A DNA stretch of 64,000 nucleotides from an uncultured Bacteroidota bacterium (GTDB lineage Bacteria; Bacteroidota; Bacteroidia; Bacteroidales; JAAUTT01), in assembly GCA_963846585.1 (NCBI GenBank), contig CAWJWO010000002.1:263592-327591 (forward strand), in the 5' to 3' direction. Position numbers and translations under genes: made by a program. Below are positions 10,790 through 19,337 of the stretch, piece by piece; position 1 is the first letter of the stretch; the number at the start of each line of letters is the position of its first letter. Under the pieces are notes generated by a model. The model was not told where the DNA came from. It searched no databases and worked only from the letters and a program-made list of their open reading frames with translations.

Positions 10790-10826
10790 AAAAGCCCTTG
10801 TAAATATACAAATTACAAGGGCTTTT
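10790..10826 (-). terminator. Intrinsic terminator-like hairpin after the ChW-like lipoprotein gene
   Basis: aaaagcccttgtaa-atatacaaa-ttacaagggctttt: a 14-bp stem with A/T-run flanks, 14 nt downstream of the stop at 10840. Confidence 0.6.
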
Positions 10827-10839
10827 AAATAAATTATTG

Positions 10840-11721
10840 TCAATATTGTAAAATATAATAAGCGAATGCTTGAAGTTCTATTCCATAAATTCCTGCAATA
10901 TTTCCATCATTAGTCCAGTATTGCCAACCTTTATCTGCCATATGTGCTATATACCAAATATGAAAATTAGGGGTATTAGCAAATGCCATTTGTAATTGAC
11001 AGGTAGGCGCACTATGGTTCTGTGTACCAACAAATTGACTCCATCCATTACTGAAACCATTTGGATTATTATAATACCAGGTCCAATTTGGATTATAATT
11101 TTGATCACATCTCGCATAAATTGAATAAGAAATTGGATATGAAAGTATATTGCTATTTACCCAAAAACCTTCTAATCTTAAACCATCTCCAGTTGTTCCA
11201 ACATATGAAAAATCATTACTAGAGCCCAAAGAAGACGGGTTAATCTCTTCGTTACCGTTTCCTGAACCTCTAAAGGTAGGATAACCAGAACCAACATAAC
11301 CATGTGCTTCAACCCATGCTAGTCCAAAAACTCCACTTACATTCCAAAATGACGCCTTTGTCGTTAAAGGTAATTGCGGTACTGTATCCTTTGATGAAGA
11401 TATTTTTGAAGAATCTATAGGTATGTTTTTAAAAGGACTTATAATAGGTTCTTTCTTGCCCAATGATTTTAAAAACCCTGTGGTAGTATCGTATTGTGCA
11501 ATTACCTGAGCAGCATCAGATGTCCTTCCGTTTTTTAAAAGATTTGCATGAATTGCAAGAATAAGACTAGGATCAAGATATTGGAAAACTCGACCACTAT
11601 CATTTTTTAGAGCAAAAGTGCTGGATTGTATTGATGAATTTGTTTCGGATTTTTTGCAACTTTGCAATCCCAAAAACGTTATAAAAATAACGGCAATAGT
11701 ATAAAAAATTATTTTCTTAAT
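10840..11721 (-). CDS. Putative lipoprotein with ChW-like (hydrophobic-W) repeats; start codon unresolved
   Basis: The track ORF is 10840-11673 (TTG start). The frame stays open upstream to the TAA at 11737-11739 and encodes a perfect lipoprotein signal KKIKKIIFYTIAVIFITFLGLQSC, with no ATG/GTG/TTG. The end at 11721 assumes an ATT start. The C-terminal half shows ChW-like repeats (YIAHMADKGWQYWTNDGNIAGIYGIELQAF; VGTTGDGLRLEGFWV). Confidence 0.5.
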   Translation of the reverse strand: MKKIIFYTIAVIFITFLGLQSCKKSETNSSIQSSTFALKNDSGRVFQYLDPSLILAIHANLLKNGRTSDAAQVIAQYDTTTGFLKSLGKKEPIISPFKNIPIDSSKISSSKDTVPQLPLTTKASFWNVSGVFGLAWVEAHGYVGSGYPTFRGSGNGNEEINPSSLGSSNDFSYVGTTGDGLRLEGFWVNSNILSYPISYSIYARCDQNYNPNWTWYYNNPNGFSNGWSQFVGTQNHSAPTCQLQMAFANTPNFHIWYIAHMADKGWQYWTNDGNIAGIYGIELQAFAYYILQY

Positions 11722-11757
11722 TTTTTTAAATTTAGGTTAATTGTTACAATTTAATTA

Positions 11758-11799
11758 ATGAGATATAGTTTACTGTTGTTGTTTCCACGCCTGGTCTAA
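11758..11799 (+). other. Candidate 13-codon Leu-rich leader ORF ending in the terminator loop
   Basis: ATG AGA TAT AGT TTA CTG TTG TTG TTT CCA CGC CTG GTC TAA translates to MRYSLLLLFPRLV*. The four consecutive Leu codons sit just before the terminator stem, and the stop codon (11797-11799) lies in its loop. Confidence 0.25.
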
Positions 11800-11814
11800 A
11801 CAGGCGTGGTTTTT
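11785..11814 (+). terminator. Orphan plus-strand intrinsic terminator in the 714-bp divergent spacer upstream of the liu block
   Basis: ccacgcctg-gtctaaa-caggcgtgg followed by ttttt: a 9-bp GC-rich stem, 7-nt loop and T5. No annotated plus-strand gene lies upstream. Confidence 0.6.
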
Positions 11815-12146
11815 CATTTTTGGACAGCAGATGAAACTAACTACTGGTTGTTTTAATTACCTAGTAATTGAACAACAATTTAATTTCTTGATCTGTTAAT
11901 TCAAAATTAATTCATTATATTACGTTTTAATAATTTTATAATCTGCTAATTTGGCCTTTCCCAGAATTTGTTATAGTAAATAATTACTCAAAAACTAATA
12001 TGCTATATAAAATATTGAAATATAATGGTCTATTGACAAGAATTACTGTTAACTTTCTCTATCTTGCAATAGACAAATTTTGAATTAAAATTAAATACTA
12101 TTTCTTTGAATTCCAAGAAAAAATAATTAAATTAACGTTAATAATA

Positions 12147-12156
12147 CCCCCCCCCC
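12147..12156. repeat. Homopolymeric C10 tract
   Basis: ataatacccccccccccttatt read directly: ten consecutive C in an otherwise extremely AT-rich spacer, about 230 nt upstream of the liu block. Confidence 0.9.
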
Positions 12157-12247
12157 TTATTATATATAATTGATTATATGTATATTATAAATATTAAGTA
12201 TGATAAATTGAATGATTATATATTAATATTAATTTTATATTAATAAC

Positions 12248-12318
12248 AAAACCTTATAAACCTTATAAACCTTTATTACTTAATCACCTAATCACTTTTT
12301 TTACTTACGACTTACGAC
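12248..12318. repeat. Intergenic tandem-repeat mosaic: (CCTTATAAA)n + (CTTAATCAC)n + (TTACGAC)2
   Basis: aaaccttataaaccttataaaccttta (12248-12274). acttaatcacctaatcact (12278-12296). ttacgacttacgac (12305-12318). Confidence 0.9.
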
Positions 12319-12342
12319 TTTTCAAAATGAACACAATAATAA

Positions 12343-12350
12343 TACATTTG
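12343..12350 (+). promoter_or_regulatory. Possible Bacteroidota -7 promoter box (TAnnTTTG)
   Basis: tacatttg matches TAnnTTTG, 38 nt upstream of the ATG at 12388. No clear -33 TTTG partner. Motif match only. Confidence 0.2.
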
Positions 12351-12387
12351 TTAAATACATATTACCAGATATTTAACAAAGTACTTA

Positions 12388-13995
12388 ATGGAAACTATAA
12401 AATCAAACATAAATACTAAATCCAAAGATTATAATAACAATGTAACTGAATATAAAAAACTCCTTTCTGATTATTATCAGCTTTTGAAAGAAATTCAATC
12501 TGGCGGTGATAATCAGGCGATAGAAAAGCATAAATCGAGAAATAAATTATTAGCCAGGGAACGTATTAATTTATTGGTAGATAATAACACCCCATTCCTG
12601 GAACTTTCATGTTTTGCTTCATTTGGACAATATAACGGAAAATTCCCTTCAGCCGGGATAATAACTGGCATAGGACTGATACATGGCCGCGAAACAATTA
12701 TAGTGGCCAACGATTCCACCGTTAAAGGAGGAACATATATTAAGGAGACTATTCGAAAACATATACGCGCCCAGGAAATTGCACTTGAGAATAAGCTTCC
12801 TTGTATATACCTGGTTGATTCAGGCGGTATATTCCTTCCTGAACAGGCAAAAGTGTTTCCGGACAGGTTCGATTTCGGGAGGATATTCTATAATCAGGCA
12901 CATTTATCTGCTGAGGGTATTCCCCAGATTTCAATAGTCATGGGCTCCTGTACCGCCGGTGGTGCATATATACCTGCAATGAGCGACGAAACTATTATAG
13001 TACGCGGTCAGGGAACTATTTTTTTAGGGGGGCCTCCGCTGGTAAAAGCCGCTACAGGTGAAATTGTTACAGCCGAAGAACTGGGAGGAGCCGAAATACA
13101 TACCTTTTTTTCAGGAGTTGCTGATCATATGGCAGACAATGATCAGCATGCCATTGAAATTTGCCGTAATATTTTTGAGACATTGCCAAAACCGGAAAAG
13201 TTTAACATAGACAGAACAAATTACGAAGAACCGGCTTTCCCATCTGAAGAATTATATGGTATTGTAAATGTGGATTTACGCAAACCTGTGGATCCGAGAG
13301 AAATTATAGCAAGAATTGTAGATGGCAGCAAATTCGCAGAGTTTAAGAGTCTTTATGGAACAACCTTAGTGACCGGTTTCGCAAGAATCATGGGATATCC
13401 TGTAGGCATTGTTGCAAATAACGGGGTTCTGTTCTCAGAATCATCCCTTAAAGGTGCACACTTTGTTGAACTTTGTAATTTCCGAAAAATTCCAATTGTA
13501 TTTTTACAAAATATAACGGGGTTTATAGTTGGCAAACAATATGAAAAAGCTGGCATAGCTCGCGACGGGGCTAAATTTGTACATGCAGTGGCCACTGCAA
13601 CGGTACCTAAGTTTACTATTATTTGCGGAGGTTCTTTTGGTGCGGGGAATTATGCAATGTCCGGCAGAGCGTACGATCCTGCATTCCTGTTTATGTGGCC
13701 AAATGCAAAGATTTCGGTAATGGGTGGCGAGCAGGCAGCTAATGTACTTGTTACAGTAAAGGAGGATCAGTCAAAATCCTCAGGGAAAGCACACAATAAA
13801 GATGAGTTATTAAAATTACATAAAAAAATTATGTCCGGATATAATGAAGAAAGTTCAGCATATTACAGTTCTTCAAGATTATGGGACGATGGTATAATTG
13901 ATCCTGCTGAAACCCGTAAAATATTGGCCCTGTGTATAGAAATAACACTAAACCGTAAGTTCCCCGCTCCAAAAAGTGGAGTGTACAGAATGTAA
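12388..13995 (+). CDS. Methylcrotonyl-CoA carboxylase beta subunit (acyl-CoA carboxyltransferase)
   Basis: 535-aa ORF, collinear with the MCCC2/LiuB type: GGAYIPAMSDETIIVRGQGTIFLGGPPLVKAATGEIVTAEELGGAEIH and GFIVGKQYEKAGIARDGAKFV. Sits in a liu-type gene context. Confidence 0.9.
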   Translation: METIKSNINTKSKDYNNNVTEYKKLLSDYYQLLKEIQSGGDNQAIEKHKSRNKLLARERINLLVDNNTPFLELSCFASFGQYNGKFPSAGIITGIGLIHGRETIIVANDSTVKGGTYIKETIRKHIRAQEIALENKLPCIYLVDSGGIFLPEQAKVFPDRFDFGRIFYNQAHLSAEGIPQISIVMGSCTAGGAYIPAMSDETIIVRGQGTIFLGGPPLVKAATGEIVTAEELGGAEIHTFFSGVADHMADNDQHAIEICRNIFETLPKPEKFNIDRTNYEEPAFPSEELYGIVNVDLRKPVDPREIIARIVDGSKFAEFKSLYGTTLVTGFARIMGYPVGIVANNGVLFSESSLKGAHFVELCNFRKIPIVFLQNITGFIVGKQYEKAGIARDGAKFVHAVATATVPKFTIICGGSFGAGNYAMSGRAYDPAFLFMWPNAKISVMGGEQAANVLVTVKEDQSKSSGKAHNKDELLKLHKKIMSGYNEESSAYYSSSRLWDDGIIDPAETRKILALCIEITLNRKFPAPKSGVYRM

Positions 13996-14341
13996 AAGGA
14001 AAGTAGGCAGAGAATGGAAGAAGGCAGAAGCAGTGGGACATGAAAAGACATGAAAAGACGTGAGACGTGAGACGTGAAAAGAAGACAGAAGGCAGAAGAC
14101 AGAAAAAAGATAAAAGATTTAAGGAAAAAGATTTGAGATTTTAGAATCTAGATTTTAGAATTGAGATTTATAAATATCAATCTGGTAAAATATATTAAAT
14201 CTTAAATCACCAATCGCAAATCTGGAATCTTAAATCAAAGAGTCTTGGCTCATGGTTCTTGGCTCTTGGCTCTGTTTTTACAACCAACAACTAAGCACTA
14301 AGCACTAAGCACTAAGCACTAAGCACTAAGCACTATATAAA
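13996..14341 (+). repeat. Composite mosaic repeat element, copy A (fills the MCCase-beta / hydratase spacer)
   Basis: Module order: purine-rich GGCAGAAG units, (GACGTGA)x3 at 14057-14077, GAAGACAGAAGGCAGAAGACAG, AGATTT/GAGATTT-rich core, agtcttggctcatggttcttggctcttggctctg at 14241-14274, caaccaacaa, then (CTAAGCA)x6 at 14291-14336, then ATG. Collinear with the reverse complement of 34108-34396. Confidence 0.85.
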
Positions 14342-15127
14342 ATGGACACATTCGAAACAATCAAAGTTGAATTAAACGAAAAAGTCGCTACCATTTACCT
14401 AAACAGGCCTGAAATACATAATGCATTTAATCATAAAATGGTACTTGAGATAATTTCTGCACTAAAGTCTGTTGCAGATAATCAAAAACTAAGAGTTTTG
14501 GTAATTCGTGGCAATGGAAAATCTTTTTGTTCCGGGGCTGACTTAAACTGGATGAAGGAAGTTGTTGAATTCGATTTTGAAAAAAATTACAATGAAAGTC
14601 TGTTATTAGCTAATTGTTTCCAAACGATTTATCATTTCCCTGTACCGGTAATTTCTTTTGGACATGGCTCAGTAATTGGTGGCGGTAATGGATTTCTGGC
14701 TACCTCAGACTTTGCAATATGTACTAAAAATACTCATTTTGCATTTACTGAAGTAAATATCGGGTTGGTGCCGGCTGTAATTTCCTATTTTATTATCAGG
14801 CGTATGGGAATAAATAAAACTAAAGAATTAATGCTCTCCGGACAACAATTCAATGGAATTGAAGCTGAACATTGGGGGCTTGTAAATTATGCGATTGACG
14901 AGTCTGATACTGAGAATTTTATAAAATCCACTATCCAAAGATTAATTGAAAAAAGTCCACAGGCGTTAAAAAGAACAAAAAATTTACTTAATAACAATGA
15001 TTTATTATTCGATGAAAATGCATTTTTAAAAGAATCGGCAATTATAATTTCTCAGGCACGTGTTTCAAAGGATGGGCAGGAAGGAATGCGATCATTTTTA
15101 GAAAAAAGACGGCCGGTATGGGATTAG
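14342..15127 (+). CDS. Enoyl-CoA hydratase/isomerase family protein (methylglutaconyl-CoA hydratase by context)
   Basis: 261-aa crotonase fold: IYLNRPEIHNAFN, GNGKSFCSGADLNWM, FGHGSVIGGGNGF, EGMRSFLEKRRPVW. Lies between the two MCCase subunit genes. Confidence 0.85.
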   Translation: MDTFETIKVELNEKVATIYLNRPEIHNAFNHKMVLEIISALKSVADNQKLRVLVIRGNGKSFCSGADLNWMKEVVEFDFEKNYNESLLLANCFQTIYHFPVPVISFGHGSVIGGGNGFLATSDFAICTKNTHFAFTEVNIGLVPAVISYFIIRRMGINKTKELMLSGQQFNGIEAEHWGLVNYAIDESDTENFIKSTIQRLIEKSPQALKRTKNLLNNNDLLFDENAFLKESAIIISQARVSKDGQEGMRSFLEKRRPVWD

Positions 15128-15179
15128 AATGAACTAATCAGGCAAAGTCTTGTTCAGATGATGCCTATAGTATCCCAAA

Positions 15180-17174
15180 ATGTTAAATTTTAGTAAAATA
15201 TTAATAGCAAACCGGGGAGAAATTGCACGGAGAATAATTCGTACAGCCCGCGAAATGGACTACAAATGTGCAGTTATTTATTCTTCCGGGGAAATAAATG
15301 CTGATTTTGTATCCGAAGCTGATGAAGCATACGATTTAGGTAATGGCAACATTCATGAAACTTACCTCAATATAACAAAAATAATTGACATTGCCCTCAG
15401 AAACGGGATTCAGGCAATTCATCCCGGTTATGGCTTTTTATCTGAAAATTATAAGTTTGCAAAAGCTTGCGAAGAAAATAACATTGTATTTATTGGGCCA
15501 ACAAGTGAAAATATAAAATTGATGAGCCAAAAAACTGCAGCCCGTGAATTTGTAAAATCACTGGGAATTCCACTTTTGGAGTCAGTTCAGGGAAACAGTC
15601 CGGAAGAATTATTGAAAAAGTCAGGGAAACTTAAATATCCTGTTATAGTAAAGGCAGATACCGGTGGTGGTGGCAAAGGCATGCAAATAGTTAAAAAACC
15701 TGAAGAACTATCAAAAATACTTGAAATTTCCCAACGGGAAGCTTTGGCATATTTTGGTGATTCAAATGTTTATCTGGAAGAATATCTTGAATATCCCCGA
15801 CACATAGAAGTTCAGATATTAGGTGATTGTTATGGCAATATTATTCATCTTTACGAAAGGGAATGTACAATTCAAAGGAGACACCAAAAAATTATTGAAG
15901 AAGCTCCTTCTCTTTGCCTGTCAGATAATTTAAGAAATAAACTGTTGGAGGCATCCTTGACTATTGCCCGGAAAATGAAGTATTTGAATGCCGGAACAAT
16001 TGAGTTTTTGGTTGATGAAAATCAGAATTTCTATTTCCTCGAAATGAATACCAGAATTCAGGTCGAACATCCGGTTACTGAAAAAATTACGGGAATAGAC
16101 CTGGTCAGGGAACAACTGAATATTGCTTCCGGAAACCGGCTTAATTTTAAACAGGAAGATATTTCGGTCAATGGCCATGCTATAGAAAGCCGTATATATG
16201 CTGAAAACCCTTTTAATGAATTTTTGCCTTCAGTGGGATCAGTAATAAAATATCAGGAACCAACAGGCAGGTCTGTAAGAATTGATTCTGCATTATCAGG
16301 CCCTGCCCTGATATCTTCGGATTTTGACCCAATGATTGCCAAGGTAATCTCAGGTGATTTGAACAGGGAAAGCGCCAGGCTTAACCTTATCAGGTTTCTG
16401 CAGCAATATATTATACATGGAATTGATACAAATATTCCATATCTGATTGAGATTTTAAATAATCCAGGATTTATACAAAACTCATATTCAACATCATTTT
16501 GTAAAGATTCCAAAAATATGCTTCAGGCTTCGTATATTAAAAAAATGCATGGATTATCTATAGAACTTATAACTGCCGCTTTCCTGATTTTTACTTTCCC
16601 GTTTTTAATAAATCATGTCAATACAAATGATAACAGGGTATGGAAAAGTTTAGGATATTGGAGAAATATAATGGTTACAGAAATAAATATATTGGATGTC
16701 AATTATAACATAACATTTAAAAAGCAAGGCACAGATAACTTTACATTTTGTATTAATGAAAAAGTCCCGTTACTGGTGAAAGGCCGGGAAAAGAACGGAA
16801 GGGTAGATTTTTTATTCTCCGGTCAAAGACATGTAGCTTTTATTTCATCTTTAAGTGATATTTATTATTTATCTATTAATGGAAATACATATACAATCCG
16901 GCGTAATGATATCACAAAAACAAAATTTGTAAAAGAAAGCGGCCTGAATTCATTTAACCAACAAAACAAGATATTGGCCACCATAAATGGCAAGATTATA
17001 AAAATGAATGTAAAAATGAATGAAAAAGTAAACAAAGGAGATATATTAATGGTTGTTGAATCAATGAAAATGGAAAACTACATTCTTGCTCCTAAAGGGG
17101 GAAAAATCACTAATATTTGTGTTAACACAGGTGACCTGGTAAAAGGCAGGGATGTGTTGGCCATTTTAACGTAA
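15180..17174 (+). CDS. Methylcrotonyl-CoA carboxylase alpha subunit (biotin carboxylase + BCCP domain)
   Basis: 664-aa ORF. Biotin carboxylase N-terminus KILIANRGEIARRIIRT, ATP-grasp GGGGKGM, EMNTRIQVEHPVTE, and a C-terminal biotinyl-lysine motif VESMKMEN. Confidence 0.9.
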   Translation: MLNFSKILIANRGEIARRIIRTAREMDYKCAVIYSSGEINADFVSEADEAYDLGNGNIHETYLNITKIIDIALRNGIQAIHPGYGFLSENYKFAKACEENNIVFIGPTSENIKLMSQKTAAREFVKSLGIPLLESVQGNSPEELLKKSGKLKYPVIVKADTGGGGKGMQIVKKPEELSKILEISQREALAYFGDSNVYLEEYLEYPRHIEVQILGDCYGNIIHLYERECTIQRRHQKIIEEAPSLCLSDNLRNKLLEASLTIARKMKYLNAGTIEFLVDENQNFYFLEMNTRIQVEHPVTEKITGIDLVREQLNIASGNRLNFKQEDISVNGHAIESRIYAENPFNEFLPSVGSVIKYQEPTGRSVRIDSALSGPALISSDFDPMIAKVISGDLNRESARLNLIRFLQQYIIHGIDTNIPYLIEILNNPGFIQNSYSTSFCKDSKNMLQASYIKKMHGLSIELITAAFLIFTFPFLINHVNTNDNRVWKSLGYWRNIMVTEINILDVNYNITFKKQGTDNFTFCINEKVPLLVKGREKNGRVDFLFSGQRHVAFISSLSDIYYLSINGNTYTIRRNDITKTKFVKESGLNSFNQQNKILATINGKIIKMNVKMNEKVNKGDILMVVESMKMENYILAPKGGKITNICVNTGDLVKGRDVLAILT

Positions 17175-17178
17175 AAAA

Positions 17179-17357
17179 GTGCTTAGTGCTTAGTGCAAAG
17201 TGCATAGTACAGCAATATGCCGGCATTAAAAGCCTTCAAAAAATAACGTGCTAAAATAGTGAATTTAATATTATAAAAACAAGTCACATAAGAAGATTAT
17301 ACAACATTACAACATTACAACATTACAACATTACAACATTTACAACTTTACAACATT
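17179..17357 (+). repeat. TAGTGCW array (17179-17210) and (ACAACATT)n array (17301-17357)
   Basis: gtgcttagtgcttagtgcaaagtgcatagtac starts 5 nt after the MCCase-alpha stop. acaacatt x5 followed by tacaactttacaacatt lies 43 nt upstream of the ACAD start. Confidence 0.9.
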
Positions 17358-17399
17358 AAAATTTTTATAATATAATATATATTAATACACCCCTTATAT

Positions 17400-18545
17400 A
17401 TGGATATTTATTCAAATGGTGCTCATGAGACGTTAAGACAAAAAGTTAAAAATTTTGCTGAAAATGAAGTTCGGCCCAAGGCACGTGAACTGGATGAAAA
17501 AGAACAATTTTCTCCTGAATTGAGCCTTAGAATGGGTGAACTGGGGTTATTCGGGCTTACAATTCCAAAAAAATACGGGGGACAGGGATATGATTATCTT
17601 TCATTAATTATAGCTGTGGAAGAACTTGCCAGGGTGGATAGCTCCCAGGCAGCCATTTTAGCCTCACATAATTCGCTTGGTATTGGTCCAATATATAATT
17701 ACGGAACTGAGGAACAACGCAAAAAGTATTTACCACAACTTTGTAATGGAAAAGCACTTTGGGCCTTTGGACTTACTGAAAACAATGCCGGATCAGATTC
17801 CCGCAGTACCGAATCCATCGCCTTATTAGATAACGATCATTGGATTATAAACGGAACAAAGATTTTTATTTCCAACGCTTCTGCACCAATTTCGGCTGGC
17901 GTTACTATCCAGGTAATTACTGGCCAAAACGATGGGCAAAAAGAGCTTTCCACAATTATTGTTGAACAGGGAACAAAGGGATATCGTGCCGAAAAAATTC
18001 ATGGAAAAATGATGTGGCGCGCCATCGATACTGCACGTTTGTATTTCGATAATGTAATTGTTCCTAAAGATAATTTATTGGGAGGATTAGGCAAAGGATC
18101 GGGGATTATGCTTGAAACTTTAGATTCAGGCAGATTATCAATAGCAGCTATGGGACTCGGTTTAGCAACCGGAGCCTTCGAAATGGCTATGAATTATTCA
18201 CATAAACGATGGCAATTTGGAAAACCTATTGCCAAATTTCAATCTATTGGCTTCAAATTAGCAGATATGGCTACCAAAATAGAACTGGCAAGAAATATAC
18301 TTTATAAAGCATGCTGGCTTAAAGATTCTAACCAACCTTTTGCAAAAGAAGCTGCCATGGCAAAACTATATTGTTCCGAAATTGCAAAAGAAATTGCTGA
18401 TGAATCACTTCAAATACATGGAGCCTATGGACTAATGCGCGAATACGATATTGAACGGTTTTACCGCGATCAAAGATTATTGCAAATTGGTGAAGGTACT
18501 TCAGAAATACTGAGAATAGTTATATCAAAACATCTTGGAATATAG
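17400..18545 (+). CDS. Acyl-CoA dehydrogenase (isovaleryl-CoA dehydrogenase-like by context)
   Basis: 381-aa ORF with ACAD motifs: WAFGLTENNAGSD, QFGKPIAKFQ, ERFYRDQRLLQIGEGTSEI. Substrate cannot be assigned from sequence alone. Confidence 0.85.
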   Translation: MDIYSNGAHETLRQKVKNFAENEVRPKARELDEKEQFSPELSLRMGELGLFGLTIPKKYGGQGYDYLSLIIAVEELARVDSSQAAILASHNSLGIGPIYNYGTEEQRKKYLPQLCNGKALWAFGLTENNAGSDSRSTESIALLDNDHWIINGTKIFISNASAPISAGVTIQVITGQNDGQKELSTIIVEQGTKGYRAEKIHGKMMWRAIDTARLYFDNVIVPKDNLLGGLGKGSGIMLETLDSGRLSIAAMGLGLATGAFEMAMNYSHKRWQFGKPIAKFQSIGFKLADMATKIELARNILYKACWLKDSNQPFAKEAAMAKLYCSEIAKEIADESLQIHGAYGLMREYDIERFYRDQRLLQIGEGTSEILRIVISKHLGI

Positions 18546-18549
18546 AATT

Positions 18550-18580
18550 TAGTGCATAGTGCTTAGTGCATAGTGCTTAG
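18550..18580 (+). repeat. TAGTGCW heptamer array
   Basis: tagtgcatagtgcttagtgcatagtgcttag, 5 nt after the ACAD stop. Confidence 0.9.
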
Positions 18581-18848
18581 GAGTAAGAGATTAGTATATT
18601 TATAAATTTTAAAACATTTTAATAGACTTGTAACTTGAAACCAGTAACTATTTACATACTACTTACTAATGCGAATTAAGAGTTAAAATATTTATACTTA
18701 TTATCTAATAATTAGCAGAATATCATTTACATTAGCCAACTTTAACCCCAACCCCTTAAAAAGCATAGCCGTCAGGTTATGTCTATATAGAGCAGAATGA
18801 TAGATATTTAGTGTAAATGTAATAAAATATTAGTGTAATTAAGAGCGT

Positions 18849-19337
18849 ATGTCAACGACTGGATTTGTATATATTATGACCAATAAGAACAAAACAACTT
18901 TATATATTGGGGTTACAAACAATTTATGCAGAAGAATACATGAGCATAAAAATCATTTGATAAATGACACTTTTACAGATAAGTACAATATTGAATACTG
19001 TATTTATTACGAAGAATTTCAATATTTTGATTTGGCAATACAAAGAGAAAAAGAATTAAAAAAGTGGAACCGTCAAAAGTTTATTTCGAGTGACGCGAGA
19101 AAACTCAAGATTAACAAAAAGAACCCCGAATGGAAAGTGCTGGTAACAGAGCGTGGCTTTGTTCGGAATAATAAATCATTTTCTCAACATGTTTCGGACA
19201 TAGTCAATGAATTACAACCAATTAAAGAGATTCCTCCCTGCGGTCGGAATGACGACCAGCAGAATTGTGGCGTTGCTGGAGGTGAAGAGAGTGCGGCAAA
19301 GCCGCACTCTCTTCACCTCCAGCTCTCTGACCAATAA
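18849..19337 (+). CDS. GIY-YIG nuclease family protein (COG2827-like) with atypical C-terminal extension
   Basis: N-terminal GFVYIMTNKNKTTLYIGVTNNLCRRIHEH...YYEEF...AIQREKELKKWNR is the GIY-YIG core. The last roughly 60 codons run through a GC-rich hairpin region and are probably not a native domain. A 9-codon in-frame insert (ISSDARKLK, about 19082-19108) overlaps a repeat-motif copy at 19080-19106. Confidence 0.75.
   Translation: MSTTGFVYIMTNKNKTTLYIGVTNNLCRRIHEHKNHLINDTFTDKYNIEYCIYYEEFQYFDLAIQREKELKKWNRQKFISSDARKLKINKKNPEWKVLVTERGFVRNNKSFSQHVSDIVNELQPIKEIPPCGRNDDQQNCGVAGGEESAAKPHSLHLQLSDQ

Noticed and set aside
17217-17226. 10-bp palindrome atgccggcat in the MCCase-alpha / ACAD spacer
   Set aside because: Too short to distinguish from chance, with no flanking T-run and no second copy.
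18746-18755. CCCCAACCCC at the ends of the GIY-YIG cassette repeats, resembling ciliate telomeric C4A2 repeats
   Set aside because: There is only one and a half units at each end, in a bacterial context. This is most simply part of the terminal inverted repeat, not a telomere-like array.
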